A DNA stretch of 64,000 nucleotides from Candidatus Latescibacterota bacterium (GTDB lineage Bacteria; Latescibacterota; UBA2968; UBA8231), in NCBI GenBank assembly GCA_965243025.1, contig CBDETY010000003.1, positions 3,840,001 to 3,904,000 of the forward strand. Reading direction: 5' to 3'. The translations under genes were made by a program, and so were the position numbers. Below are positions 48,020-58,584 of this stretch, in pieces; the first letter of the stretch is position 1, and every line of letters starts with the position of its first letter. The notes under the pieces are model-generated. The model was not told the DNA's origin and ran no database searches. It saw only the letters and a program-made list of their open reading frames with translations.

Positions 48020-49792
48020 ATGCCAATACGGATTTTCGCACTTGCTTTCGCCCTGGTTCTCCCCATGTCCGCGGGGCCCGGCCTCGCCCAGGACGAAGAG
48101 GAACTGCAGAGACTGGTCGAGGAAAGGGAGCTGGAAGAAGCCGAGTTGCAGCAGGTCCCGGGAGCGGAAATGAAGTTGCTGAGACAGGATCTGGTTTCCG
48201 GAAAGATCCGCCTCCCCAGCGGCGAGGAGGTGGAGAAGCTGCGCATCAGCCAGGACCGGGAAGTCGACCCGGAGACCTATGTCGTCGGCCCCGGCGACGT
48301 CATGCAGCTGTACGTATGGGGGGAGTTCGACATCGCCTACATGCTGCAGGTCGACCCCCTCGGAAACGTCATCGTCCCCACCATCGGCGCTTTCGAGGTC
48401 TCGGGAATGTACCTGGCCGACGCCAAGGACCTGATCCTCACGGCCGCCCGGGGCAAGTACCCCGGCGTCGACATCACCCTGACCCTGGCGAGCATGCGCT
48501 TCTTCACCGCCTACGTTACCGGCGCGGTACTGCAGGAAGGCAGCTACACCGTCCACCCGACCACCCGGGTTTCCGACATGATCGAACGGGCCGGCGGTTT
48601 CACCGATGAGCTGCGGGGGACCACGTTCCAGGACGAAGTGGGCGGCAAGCAGGTGACCCGGGTTCGCCAGATCATCGAGCAGATCACCGGACGCCGCTCG
48701 ATCAAGCTTCTCCATCTCGACGGCACAGCAGACCTCGTCGATCTCGACATGTTCCTCTCCACCGGCGACCTCGCCCACAACCCCTACGTGCGCATGGGAG
48801 ACGTGGTTCACGTCGGATACCGCGACAAGGCGCTTTACATATTCGGCGCCGTCAACCAGGAGGGCGAACAGGAGTACCGGTCCGGCGACACCATCGATGA
48901 CCTGGTGAATCTCGCCAAGGGTCTGCGCCGCGACGCCCCCCTGATCCGGGCCGAGCTGTGGCGCTTCCGCGAGGGAACCGAGGAGGCCCAAATCATCGAA
49001 CTGGGCAGCAACGAGGCGGGGGAATCGGGGTTCGCGTACGAGGATATTCGCGACGTGCCCCTGCAACCCAACGACATGGTGTTCATCCGCGCGCGCGCGC
49101 AGTGGCAGCTCATGCCGACGGTGATGGTCGTCGGAGAGGTCAGGTACCGGGGCCGCTACCGCATCTACCCGGGGATTACCCGGATCAAGGACGTGGTGGC
49201 GATGTCCGGAGGGCTGACCGAGGAATCTTCCCTTATCGGGGCAAAGGTGATCCGCACCAAGATGCGGACCCAGATCGACCCGGAGCTGGAACGGTTGCGC
49301 ACCCTGAGGGCGGTGACAGGGCTGGCCGACATGAGCGACGAGGACCGCGCCTATCTCAGGACCAAGGGCCGCGAGGAGAAAGGCCGCGCCGCGGTCGATT
49401 TCGAACGCCTGTTCCTGGAGGACGACGAGGAACAGAACATCCCCCTGGAAAGCGGGGACGTGGTCTATATCCCGGCGCGCCGGCGAACCATCAGCATCAG
49501 CGGGCAGGTGAGGAAGCCCGGTCTGGTCGACTTCGAACCTGACCGCGACGTTCGCTACTACATGGAAAAGGCGGGTGGCTATACATACGACGCCGACAAG
49601 GGAGGGGCCCGGCTGATCCGTGCGCGTTCGAGTATCCGGGAAGAGCTGAATGATGACCTTCTTGTCGAAGCCGGCGACGAGATCTGGGTGCCGCAGAAGG
49701 AGCGAGTCAACTTCTGGGAAGTGACCCAGTCCACCATGCGCACCATCGCCGAGACCCTGACCCTCGTAGTCCTGGTGCGGTCGCTGCAGTAA
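48020..49792 (+). CDS. Polysaccharide export protein with SLBB repeats (Wza/KpsD-like)
   Basis: Signal peptide; YVVGPGD...VWG Poly_export domain; repeated V.G.V..G....AGG. Confidence 0.9.
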   Translation: MPIRIFALAFALVLPMSAGPGLAQDEEELQRLVEERELEEAELQQVPGAEMKLLRQDLVSGKIRLPSGEEVEKLRISQDREVDPETYVVGPGDVMQLYVWGEFDIAYMLQVDPLGNVIVPTIGAFEVSGMYLADAKDLILTAARGKYPGVDITLTLASMRFFTAYVTGAVLQEGSYTVHPTTRVSDMIERAGGFTDELRGTTFQDEVGGKQVTRVRQIIEQITGRRSIKLLHLDGTADLVDLDMFLSTGDLAHNPYVRMGDVVHVGYRDKALYIFGAVNQEGEQEYRSGDTIDDLVNLAKGLRRDAPLIRAELWRFREGTEEAQIIELGSNEAGESGFAYEDIRDVPLQPNDMVFIRARAQWQLMPTVMVVGEVRYRGRYRIYPGITRIKDVVAMSGGLTEESSLIGAKVIRTKMRTQIDPELERLRTLRAVTGLADMSDEDRAYLRTKGREEKGRAAVDFERLFLEDDEEQNIPLESGDVVYIPARRRTISISGQVRKPGLVDFEPDRDVRYYMEKAGGYTYDADKGGARLIRARSSIREELNDDLLVEAGDEIWVPQKERVNFWEVTQSTMRTIAETLTLVVLVRSLQ

Positions 49793-49832
49793 CCGTTCCT
49801 CCCTCTCAGTGCAGAGACGAGAAAGCATTGAA

Positions 49833-51026
49833 ATGAACCGAGAAAGAAAAGACACTGACCTCCTCGACCTGCTGGCCGCTCTCCACGCGGGGCGAAAGAT
49901 GATTGTCGGAGGCACCCTGGGCATGTGCGTCCTCGCGGGGGCGCTCAGTTTCCTGGTGCCGGAAGAGTACGAAGCGACGGCGCAGATTCTGCCCCCGAAG
50001 GAGCAGAAGCAGGGGTTCGGGTTTTCCGAGCTCCTGGCGGCGCTGCCGATCCCGACCCTGCGACTGGGAGAAAAGGGCACCCCGGCCGACATCTTCATCG
50101 CCACGATGAAGATCCCGGGAACGCGCCGGATGATGGTCGAGGAGTTCGACCTGCTGCAGCGCTATGACGTCGAAACCATGACCGACGCGATCGAGGTCCT
50201 CGCGGCGAAAACCACGGTGGACAAGACCGAGGAGGGCACGATCCAGATTTCCGTGCTCGACGAGGACCCGCAGAAGGCCGCGGACATGGCCAACCACTAC
50301 ATCGCGCTGCTCGACCTCACCAACAGGAAGATCTCGCACAAGACCGCCTCCGAGCGCCTCGACTTCATCCGCGAGCTTCTGGAGGAGGAGGACCAGAAGC
50401 TCGAGAAGAAGATGGACCTGCTGGAGGAGTTCCAGTCCGAGTACAACGCCATCTCCATCGAGGACCAGGCGCGCGCCGTTATCGGGGCCGCGGCGGGGAT
50501 GCAGACCGAAGCCATGGAGCTGGAGATCTCCCGCCAGGGGTTGATCCTCTCCGGACTCGACGCCGGACACGACAGGGTGAAAAAGCTCCAGCAGGAGATC
50601 CTGCTGCGGCAGGAAGCCATGGCCATTCTCCGGGACGGACTCGAGGTCGGCAGCGGCGACCTGCTCCGCAGAAAAACGCTGCAGCTGGAGCTGGACGAGA
50701 ACCTCTTTCTGCCGCTGAAGCAGATCCCGGGGGTCGCCCAGGAGTTCGCCACCCGGGAAAAGGACGTGCTGGTTCAGAAGGCGCTGTTGCAGCTCCTGCT
50801 GCAACAGGAGGCCGAGGCGCTGATCGAGGCCAAGAACACGACGTCGACGGTGCAGGTCCTCGATCCGGCCGTGGCGCCGGAGATCAAGGCGCGGCCGCGG
50901 CGGCTGCTCATCATCCTCATCACGGGGGTGCTCAGCCTTTTCGCCTCGCTCAGCTATACCCTGGGAATGGTGTACTTCGGGGATATCCGGCAGCGCTGGC
51001 GGGAGGAGCGAAGGGAGACCTCCTGA
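49833..51026 (+). CDS. Wzz/GumC-like chain-length determinant
   Basis: N- and C-terminal TM helices, Y.ATAQILPP, coiled coil, VQVLDPAVAP....PRR. Confidence 0.88.
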   Translation: MNRERKDTDLLDLLAALHAGRKMIVGGTLGMCVLAGALSFLVPEEYEATAQILPPKEQKQGFGFSELLAALPIPTLRLGEKGTPADIFIATMKIPGTRRMMVEEFDLLQRYDVETMTDAIEVLAAKTTVDKTEEGTIQISVLDEDPQKAADMANHYIALLDLTNRKISHKTASERLDFIRELLEEEDQKLEKKMDLLEEFQSEYNAISIEDQARAVIGAAAGMQTEAMELEISRQGLILSGLDAGHDRVKKLQQEILLRQEAMAILRDGLEVGSGDLLRRKTLQLELDENLFLPLKQIPGVAQEFATREKDVLVQKALLQLLLQQEAEALIEAKNTTSTVQVLDPAVAPEIKARPRRLLIILITGVLSLFASLSYTLGMVYFGDIRQRWREERRETS

Positions 51027-51085
51027 GGCCGGAGCCGGTCCTCGACCGCTCCCGATCCTTCCCGGGCATCCTGGGGCGGCCGCGG

Positions 51086-52234
51086 CTAACCCCTGCCGAC
51101 CGGCTGCCAGACCCGGTGGCGGCGGCCGCTCAGGAAGTGCAGGAGTCCCAGCAAGGCACCCCAGTTGGTGGCGCAGAAATAGGCGGGAATGTAGAACAGC
51201 CAGTGCCGCCCCAGTGGTTCCGGCAACGCGATGCCCAGCAGCGCCAGCCCGTAAAAGGCGGCCTGCAGGGCCAGAAGGACGCGATACGTCTCCCCCTCTC
51301 CGACCAGGAGGAGATTGAGCCCGAGAACCGCCACCAGCAACAGCGGCGCCAGCCAGCGCAGCAGTTTGTGCGACGCCATCTGAAAGGCGAAAAGGAGATG
51401 GGCGGCCGGGTTGAGCACCCCCCGCTCGGTCCAGAGACCGTACAGGGAGCGCGAGACGATGCGGCGGCGGCGGCGGCACTCGTCGGCGAAGTTGCCAGGG
51501 CTGACTTCGGTGGCCACTGCCAGCGGCGCGTACACCACCCGGTAGCCCTGACGCCAGACGCGGATGGGCATGATGAAGTCGCTGATTATTTCGCTTCCCA
51601 GCACCTCGAAACAGTCGCGCCTGAGCGCGTAGATCGCCCCGTTGGCCCCCAGTGTCGAGCTGAGCATGCTCTCCCTGAGCTTGAGGAACTGCTCGTAGCG
51701 CCAGTACGCCCCCTCCCCCTTGCCCGCCCCTCCTTCCCCGGGGTTGGCGTATCGAAGCTCGCCGCAGACGCACCCCACCCCCGGGTCGGCAAATGGAGCC
51801 AGAAGCTCCTTCAGGGCGTCGGGGGAATACATGCTGTTGGCGTCCGAAAACACCAGGAAATCCCCCCGGGCAAGCTCCACGCCGGCGTTCTGGGCCGCGG
51901 TTTTTCCGCCGCGCTCCGGCATCCGGTGAAGGCGCACCCCGCGCCCGGCGAATTCCGCAGCGATGCGGTCGGTGCCGTCCGTCGAAGCGTCGGAAACCAC
52001 GACGACCTCCAGCCTGTCGGCCGGGTAGTCGATGGCCAGGGTATTTTCCAGCTTGGCCCGCAGCACCGACTCCTCGTTGTAGGCGGCGATGACGATGGCC
52101 ACCCCGGGCAATTCCTCCATGGGAGCGTACCGGGGTGTCCTCCGTCCCGCGGTCAGCAGGTAGAGCAGAACGGGGTAGATCAGGTAGGTATGGGCGATGA
52201 GAACTACAGAGGCCCAAAAGGCGACTGCTGGCAT
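51086..52234 (-). CDS. Glycosyltransferase family 2
   Basis: IAAYNEE, SDASTD, GKTAA, FSDAN, GANGAIYA, RRRR. Confidence 0.92.
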   Translation of the reverse strand: MPAVAFWASVVLIAHTYLIYPVLLYLLTAGRRTPRYAPMEELPGVAIVIAAYNEESVLRAKLENTLAIDYPADRLEVVVVSDASTDGTDRIAAEFAGRGVRLHRMPERGGKTAAQNAGVELARGDFLVFSDANSMYSPDALKELLAPFADPGVGCVCGELRYANPGEGGAGKGEGAYWRYEQFLKLRESMLSSTLGANGAIYALRRDCFEVLGSEIISDFIMPIRVWRQGYRVVYAPLAVATEVSPGNFADECRRRRRIVSRSLYGLWTERGVLNPAAHLLFAFQMASHKLLRWLAPLLLVAVLGLNLLLVGEGETYRVLLALQAAFYGLALLGIALPEPLGRHWLFYIPAYFCATNWGALLGLLHFLSGRRHRVWQPVGRG

Positions 52235-52389
52235 CCTGGTTGCTGGAATGAGAGGAGAATCGCGGCCGGGGGGTGTCTATGAATTATCTTCCGCTGATGC
52301 GGTAATCGCAACCGTTGTTCCCGGCCGCCGAGGGTTCGGGGGAGAGCGGGCCGGGGAAGCGAACTGAACGGAAGGATCCCGCACCATCC

Positions 52390-53502
52390 ATGCCCAGCGT
52401 CGTTCACTTTACCACCGTCCACGACCCTTTCGACAGCCGCGTCTTTCACCGCGAGTGCAAGACCCTGAGCGAAGCCGGCTACGACGTCGTGCTGCTGGCG
52501 CCGGGCGGGAACGACTCCACGGTCGACGGCATCCTGGTCGGAGGGCTGCCCCGATGGGGCAACCGCCTCCTGCGCATGAGCCTTGGAGTCGGCCGCACCC
52601 TCCTCAAGGCCCTGGGGAAGCGGGCCGACATCTATCACTTCCACGACCCGGAGCTGATCCCCGCCGGCCTGCTTTTGCGGCTCCTGGGAAAACGCGTGGT
52701 CTACGACATCCACGAGGACAACCGCACCGCCCTCGAGGAACGGGAATACCTCCCCGCCCCGCTGCGCGCCCTGACCGCCAGGCTCCTCTCCCGGGCCGAA
52801 GAAGGCAGCAGCCGGCACTTTCACCTCGTCCTTGCGGAGCGCTACTACGCCGAGCGCTTTCCCCGCGGGCAGACGGTCCTCAACTACGCCCGCTTTCCCG
52901 CCCTGGACGAAGACCGGTTGCGGGCCCGTCCCGGCGCCGGGCACCCGCGGCTCATATACACCGGGAACGTCAAACCCTACCGCGGGGCGCACCTCCACGC
53001 CGGGCTTCTGCAGCACCTTCCCGACGCCGAGCTCTTCCTGGTCGGCCGCTGCGAGCCGGAGCTGGCGGCCGGGCTTCGGGCGGGCTCCGACCCGGAGCGC
53101 CTCCACTTCGAAGGCGTGGGAGGCTACGTCCCCCACGAGCGTATCGTCTCGTACTATCTCCGCGAGTGCTGGACCGCCGGCCTCGCACTCTTCCCCCCCG
53201 GCCGGCACACCCGGCGCAAGGAGCTGACCAAGGTTTTCGAATACATGGCCTACGGCATTCCCGTGCTCTGCGCCGACTTCCCGAACCTGCGCCGGATCGT
53301 CGAAGGCGCCGAATGCGGAATCTGCGTCGACCCCGAAGACGGAGCCGCCGCCGCGGAGGCGGTGCGCTTTTTGTGGGAGCACCCCGGGGCGGCGCGGCGC
53401 ATGGGAGAGAACGGACGGGAGGCGGCGCGGACGACCTACAACTGGGACACCCAGGCGGAGAAGCTGCTGCGCCTCTACGAAAAGATCCTCCAACCCGGAT
53501 AG
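52390..53502 (+). CDS. Glycosyltransferase family 4
   Basis: H..FDSRVF, HFHDPEL, YDIHED, KVFEYMA.G.PV. Confidence 0.92.
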   Translation: MPSVVHFTTVHDPFDSRVFHRECKTLSEAGYDVVLLAPGGNDSTVDGILVGGLPRWGNRLLRMSLGVGRTLLKALGKRADIYHFHDPELIPAGLLLRLLGKRVVYDIHEDNRTALEEREYLPAPLRALTARLLSRAEEGSSRHFHLVLAERYYAERFPRGQTVLNYARFPALDEDRLRARPGAGHPRLIYTGNVKPYRGAHLHAGLLQHLPDAELFLVGRCEPELAAGLRAGSDPERLHFEGVGGYVPHERIVSYYLRECWTAGLALFPPGRHTRRKELTKVFEYMAYGIPVLCADFPNLRRIVEGAECGICVDPEDGAAAAEAVRFLWEHPGAARRMGENGREAARTTYNWDTQAEKLLRLYEKILQPG

Positions 53503-53505
53503 ACC

Positions 53506-54264
53506 ATGGCCGACGCCCGCCTGCAGCGAGAAGCCGAGTTCCACGACCAGGCCTTTGCCGGAAACGCCCGTGCCCGCGCCGGCAAGTTCTACTCCGTCGC
53601 AGCCTCGGCCAGGCGGCACTACCACGCCCTGATCGGCGAAGACTGCGCCGGCCTGAGAGTGCTCGAGTACGGATGCGGCAAGGGCAGCCACTCGTTTACC
53701 CTTGCCCGTCTCGGCGCCGATGTCGTCGGCATCGACCTCTCCCCGGAAGGGATTCGACAGGCGACCTCCCGGGCGGGTGAAGAGAAGCTGGGAGACCGGC
53801 TTTCCTTTGAAGTGATGGACGCCGAAGCGCTGGCGTTCCCCGACAACCATTTCGACCTGGTCTGCGGCAGCGGCATCCTCCACCACCTGGACCTGGAGGC
53901 TGCCTGCGGGGAGTTGGTCCGCGTGCTCAAGCCCGAAGCCCGGGCGGTTTTCTTCGAGCCGCTGGGGCACAATCCGTTGATCAACCTCTACCGCAGGCTG
54001 ACCCCGAAGATGCGGTCCGAAGACGAGCATCCGCTTGTGGGGAACGACCTGAAAACACTCACCGGGCACTTCCGGGAGACCGATACCCGCTGTTTCGCCC
54101 TGTGTACCCTGCTGGCTGTTCCATTTCGTGGATGGCCGGCGTTCGAGCTGCTGGTACGGATTCTGGAACGAATCGACGGCCTGCTTTTCCGCCTGCCCTT
54201 TATGAGAAGGCAGGCCTGGCTCGTGGTCGTACGACTGGGGCGTCCCCTGAAGGACAACCGATGA
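53506..54264 (+). CDS. Class I SAM-dependent methyltransferase
   Basis: VLEYGCGKG, GIDLS, FDLVCGSGILHH, EP. Confidence 0.92.
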   Translation: MADARLQREAEFHDQAFAGNARARAGKFYSVAASARRHYHALIGEDCAGLRVLEYGCGKGSHSFTLARLGADVVGIDLSPEGIRQATSRAGEEKLGDRLSFEVMDAEALAFPDNHFDLVCGSGILHHLDLEAACGELVRVLKPEARAVFFEPLGHNPLINLYRRLTPKMRSEDEHPLVGNDLKTLTGHFRETDTRCFALCTLLAVPFRGWPAFELLVRILERIDGLLFRLPFMRRQAWLVVVRLGRPLKDNR

Positions 54265-54356
54265 GAGGCGCTCTCCTTTGGGGTTGCCCGGGATTGCCTG
54301 AGTTCGAGGAAATGGCCCCCGCAGGAAGGGAACAAGCCGGGCGCAGGATCGAGCGG

Positions 54357-55526
54357 TCACGACTCCTTTCCCTCGAGCACCTCCTCGTAAAGCGCGTGGA
54401 TCCGCGCCGCAGCCCGCCGGTAGTCGTAGCGTTCCCCCGTCCGCCGCCGTATCTCCTCCCGGTCGTAGCTTTCGTATTCGTCCAGGACGGCGAGAATGCC
54501 CTCGGCCAGGTCCCCGGAGTCCCCGACGGCGACCAGACGCCCTGTCGCGTCGTCCACCATCTCCTCGGGACCGCCGCAGCGGGTGGCCACCACCGGCAGG
54601 CCGCAGGCCATCGCCTCGATCAGCACGATACCGAAGCTGTCGTAGAAACTGGGCAGGACCACGATGTCGGACGCGGCCATGTGGCGAGGCATCTCTTCGG
54701 GGGGCACCGCATCCCTGAACTCCACGCATTCCGACAGTCCCAGGGCCGCGACCTGCGGCAGAAAAGGCCCGGACGTCCCGGTGGCCGGATGGCCCCCGAT
54801 CAGGGTCAGTGATACATCGGAACGGCGGCGGCGCAGTTTCGCCAGCGCCTCCAGCAGGACACGCAGCCCCTTTTCCTCGACGAACCGGCCCACGTAGAGG
54901 AGCCGCCACCCCCCTTCTCCCGGCCGCCGGGAAACCGCAGCGGAAAAGAGCCCGCAGTCGACCCCGTTGGGTATCCAGCGCACCTTTCCGGCGCCTACCC
55001 CGAGCTCCAGGACGTCGCTGCGAAGACCCCGGCTCACGGCGACGACGGCATCCGCCCTTTCCAGGGCTTCAACGGTCAGCCGCCGCCACCGGGGATCGAG
55101 ACGGGGCAGACTCTTGATGTCGAAACCGTGAACGGTGATTACCACCGGTTTGCCGTTGCGGGCTCCGTATTCCACGGCCGCCAGGCCGTCCGGATAGGCG
55201 CAGTGGGCGTGCACGAGATCCGGCGCGGCGAGATCGCAGCGTTCCAGGGCCCGGAGGTGGAATCGCCATTGCCTGGCGAACAGGATCCGGCGCGGCAGCG
55301 CAAGACGCCGGGGATGGCATATCCGCAAGCCATCCATCACTTCGACGCGCGGGACGCGCCGGTAGGCGCTCCAGCGCCCGAAGCCGGGAAACGGAAACCA
55401 GGGAACCGGTGCGGCCACCTCGATCGAGCAATGCTCCCCGAGAAACCGCAGCTGGTTGTGGACGAAGGTCCCGCTCGCCGGCGCGTAGCTGTTGGGATAG
55501 AGGTGGGAAAGGACCAGGACCTTCAC
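54357..55526 (-). CDS. Glycosyltransferase family 4 (TuaC-like)
   Basis: HAH..YPDG, TVHG.D, PNGVD, KGL, SFGIVLIEAMACG.PV. Confidence 0.92.
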   Translation of the reverse strand: MKVLVLSHLYPNSYAPASGTFVHNQLRFLGEHCSIEVAAPVPWFPFPGFGRWSAYRRVPRVEVMDGLRICHPRRLALPRRILFARQWRFHLRALERCDLAAPDLVHAHCAYPDGLAAVEYGARNGKPVVITVHGFDIKSLPRLDPRWRRLTVEALERADAVVAVSRGLRSDVLELGVGAGKVRWIPNGVDCGLFSAAVSRRPGEGGWRLLYVGRFVEEKGLRVLLEALAKLRRRRSDVSLTLIGGHPATGTSGPFLPQVAALGLSECVEFRDAVPPEEMPRHMAASDIVVLPSFYDSFGIVLIEAMACGLPVVATRCGGPEEMVDDATGRLVAVGDSGDLAEGILAVLDEYESYDREEIRRRTGERYDYRRAAARIHALYEEVLEGKES

Positions 55527-55635
55527 GTTTGCTCCTCGCCTCGGTGGAAGTCCGGCATCGGGAAGGAAACCGCCCGGAGCAAGCCTTCAGTCCCCGACGG
55601 GCCGGACCCGAAAGGACGCGAAGCGGCCGCGACGT

Positions 55636-57099
55636 TCACCCCGTGCGGGAATCCGGCTCCGTCCGCGAATCGGCATCCAGCTGCTGCACGGCAAACGTCA
55701 TGCCGATACAGAACCAGAACATGTTGTTGGGCAGGTCGCCGTTGAAGGACTGGTTGACCTGAAAGCCCACGAAGGTGGCGATCAGGCCCATCGCCACGGC
55801 GCGAAAGTAGGGGTCCTGCATCTGCCGGAAGCGTTTCAGGCTCAAAAAGAACGTCCGCCCCATCAGCCACACAAAGACAGCGAAACCGACGATACCCAGC
55901 TCCCCCAGGACCGTGGTGACGACGGTGTGGGCTTCGTTGACGTGGCTCCAGTGGGGGTACCCGGGGGGGGCGTACTGGGAGAATACATAGGGGAAAGCCC
56001 GCCAACCGATGCCGAGGACGGGATGGTCGAAGAACATGTCGAGGGAGGCCATGATCAGGTAGATGCGAGCCGTGCTCGAGGTGCGGCCGATCGAGCCGAA
56101 CTGGTCGAAAAGGGTGAAGATGGATATGAAGCGCTCGAAGATGTACTCGGCAAACGGAACGAACTGCTTCAACCCCAGGACGAGAATGACGGAGGCGAAC
56201 ATGACGATGAACAGATAGCGCAGCTTGCGGCTCAGCCAGAGGATGACCATCACGCCCAGCATCGTCGCCACCCAGCTCGAACGGCTGAACGAGGCCAGCA
56301 GCCCGGCCAGGCCGATGAGTACCGACAGGGCGAAGAACAGCCGCTGCCATACCGGCAGACGGTAGTTCAGCAGAACCGCCAGCAGCGGCAGCATTCCGCT
56401 CATCAGGAACATGGCGAAGATGTTGGGATTGTGGAACGTTCCCGTCGCCCTCGGCACGTTGCCGCCCAGGGCGGTGATGACCTTGACCGGCAGGTGGAAC
56501 TGGCCGGTGATCACCTGGTAGGTGCCCATCACCGCCCCGGCGATCGTACAGACGACCATCGACCACAGCACCAGGGACACCGCCCGCCTGGAGTCGATGA
56601 TGACCTTGATCATGTAGGCGAAGAGGCCCAGGGCGGAGATCCGGAAGAAGCTGACTGTCGCCTCGGGCTGGTTGGGGGAATAGGTCAGCGATACGGCGAT
56701 GCAGCACAGGAACAGGATCAGCGGCGCCTTTATCTCGAAATCGGGAAAACGGGTGCGCTTGTTCAGACAGACATGGGCTGCCAGGGCGAGTACCAGCAGC
56801 CCGAAAGTCAGGTGGAAGCCGGTCAGGTGAAAGATGCCCTTCACCTTGCCCGCCTCGGTCAACAGCCGTCCCGTGCTGTCCAGTCCGGAGGTCAGGAATA
56901 TGAGCGGGATGATGATCCAGGGCTTCATCAGCACCGCGGCGATGTAGGCGGCGACGCACAGGAAGCCGATCAGGAAGAAGGGCAGCAGCTCGGTGACGAA
57001 GATGCTTGCCGCCGCCACCGCCGCCTGGAAAACCAGGAACACCGCAAACCAGCGGCGGTCGAAGAGGTCGCCCAGGTTTCTCTCAACCGGGATGCTCAT
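55636..57099 (-). CDS. O-antigen ligase/polymerase (Wzy_C) family membrane protein
   Basis: RATGTFHNPN, SRSSW, DHPVLGIG, EAH...GELG.VG; many TM segments. Confidence 0.9.
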   Translation of the reverse strand: MSIPVERNLGDLFDRRWFAVFLVFQAAVAAASIFVTELLPFFLIGFLCVAAYIAAVLMKPWIIIPLIFLTSGLDSTGRLLTEAGKVKGIFHLTGFHLTFGLLVLALAAHVCLNKRTRFPDFEIKAPLILFLCCIAVSLTYSPNQPEATVSFFRISALGLFAYMIKVIIDSRRAVSLVLWSMVVCTIAGAVMGTYQVITGQFHLPVKVITALGGNVPRATGTFHNPNIFAMFLMSGMLPLLAVLLNYRLPVWQRLFFALSVLIGLAGLLASFSRSSWVATMLGVMVILWLSRKLRYLFIVMFASVILVLGLKQFVPFAEYIFERFISIFTLFDQFGSIGRTSSTARIYLIMASLDMFFDHPVLGIGWRAFPYVFSQYAPPGYPHWSHVNEAHTVVTTVLGELGIVGFAVFVWLMGRTFFLSLKRFRQMQDPYFRAVAMGLIATFVGFQVNQSFNGDLPNNMFWFCIGMTFAVQQLDADSRTEPDSRTG

Positions 57100-57140
57100 G
57101 ATTCCGGATCAGCCGGCGAAGGGGTTTGCCGTCCGCTGCA

Positions 57141-58364
57141 TCAGCGGCGCAGGAAGGCGCCCCAGCCCATGCCTTCGCCGCGCAGGTAGCGCCCCCCGAC
57201 CAGGAGCGCCCACGCCGTGCAGGCGATCGATTTCGACCAGGCGGCACCCGGCAGTCCCCAGGCGGGGATGAGCAAGAGGCCGAGCCCGATGTTGAGGGCA
57301 AGGGCGACGGCCGCCGCCCACAGGGTGATCGCCGGATACCCCTGCCCTGCCAGCTTGGTGTTGCATACCGAACCCAGTCCGAGGAAAACGAGACCCGGAA
57401 GCATCCACGCCAGCGGCAGGAAGGCTTCGGGATAGGAGGGAAACAGCCAGCCGATCAGCGGCCTGCCCGCCGCCAGCAGCGCCAGGGCGGCGGCCAGGGA
57501 AAAGAGCAATATGCCCCGGGCGACCCGCAGGCTCAACTGATCGTCCTCGCCGCGCACGACCTTCGCCAGCAGCACCGCCCCGGCCACGTCCGGCACCCGC
57601 TGCATCATCTCGGCGAAGTTGAGGGCCACCCGGTAGCTGCCGACCGAAGCCTCGCCGAGGAAGTGCTCGATAAGGAACACGTCGGCGCGCAGGAGCAGGA
57701 GGACCAGCACCACCGAGACGGCGCCGCGCCCTCCCACGGCCAGCGTCCGCCGCAGAAGCCCCCGGTCGCCGAGGGTGAACCGCCCGGCGCCGATCAGCAC
57801 CGCGAAGGCCGTGAGCCCCGCGAGGCCGGCCGCGCCCGCATAAAGCATGAGAGCGTTTTGAAGGTTCAGCAGGCCCGCCCACAGGAGAACCGCGTTGCCC
57901 CCGAGATAGACCGCGATGAAGAGGACGGGGACCGCCGCGTACGGGCGGATGCGGTCCATTCCCAGCAGCACCGCCTGTCCGGTTCGCTGCAGGACCACGA
58001 GCGCCGGCAGCGCCCCCAGGAGCGGCCACCAGTGAAGCGCCAGCGGCCCCAGAAAACGGGAAGCGGCCCCGGCCACCAGCCAGGCGATCCCCATGCCCGC
58101 CGCGAACAGCGCCAGGAAACAGAGCAGCGCGTTGTCGCGCCCCCGAGCCCCGGCATCCTCCCGCCCCACGACGTAGGTGGTCCCGCGGCGCAGCCACTCC
58201 CCCAGCAGGGTGGCGGCGATCACCGCGGTGGTGGTCCACAGGGCGAGCTGCCCGTACCCGGCCTTGCCGAGGTGGTTGGCCAGCAGCCAGTGGTTGACCA
58301 GTCCGAGGGAGAAGGCTGTTCCGGTACATATCCCGTTCAGGGAAAACCCGCGAAGGAAGTTCAT
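57141..58364 (-). CDS. Polysaccharide flippase (Wzx/MATE-like)
   Basis: LG..GYG, RADVFLI..FLG..SVG.Y, LLIP.WG..GAA. Confidence 0.85.
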   Translation of the reverse strand: MNFLRGFSLNGICTGTAFSLGLVNHWLLANHLGKAGYGQLALWTTTAVIAATLLGEWLRRGTTYVVGREDAGARGRDNALLCFLALFAAGMGIAWLVAGAASRFLGPLALHWWPLLGALPALVVLQRTGQAVLLGMDRIRPYAAVPVLFIAVYLGGNAVLLWAGLLNLQNALMLYAGAAGLAGLTAFAVLIGAGRFTLGDRGLLRRTLAVGGRGAVSVVLVLLLLRADVFLIEHFLGEASVGSYRVALNFAEMMQRVPDVAGAVLLAKVVRGEDDQLSLRVARGILLFSLAAALALLAAGRPLIGWLFPSYPEAFLPLAWMLPGLVFLGLGSVCNTKLAGQGYPAITLWAAAVALALNIGLGLLLIPAWGLPGAAWSKSIACTAWALLVGGRYLRGEGMGWGAFLRR

Positions 58365-58584
58365 CCGCGAAGGAAAGGGAGGGCAGCTTCCGCCTGGATG
58401 CTCCCGGCCCCCGGGACCGCTTTGCCGAGGGAATCCGGGGTCCGGTTCGCCCCGATGCCTGCCTGGCGCCCTGTCCTGGCGATCACTCTGGCGGGTCCAC
58501 TGATCCGGCGGGGTCGGATACCGCGCCCCCGCAGACGGGTCGGGGGACAGGGCGGGGGTTCCATCGCCTGCAGGAAGGCTCCAC

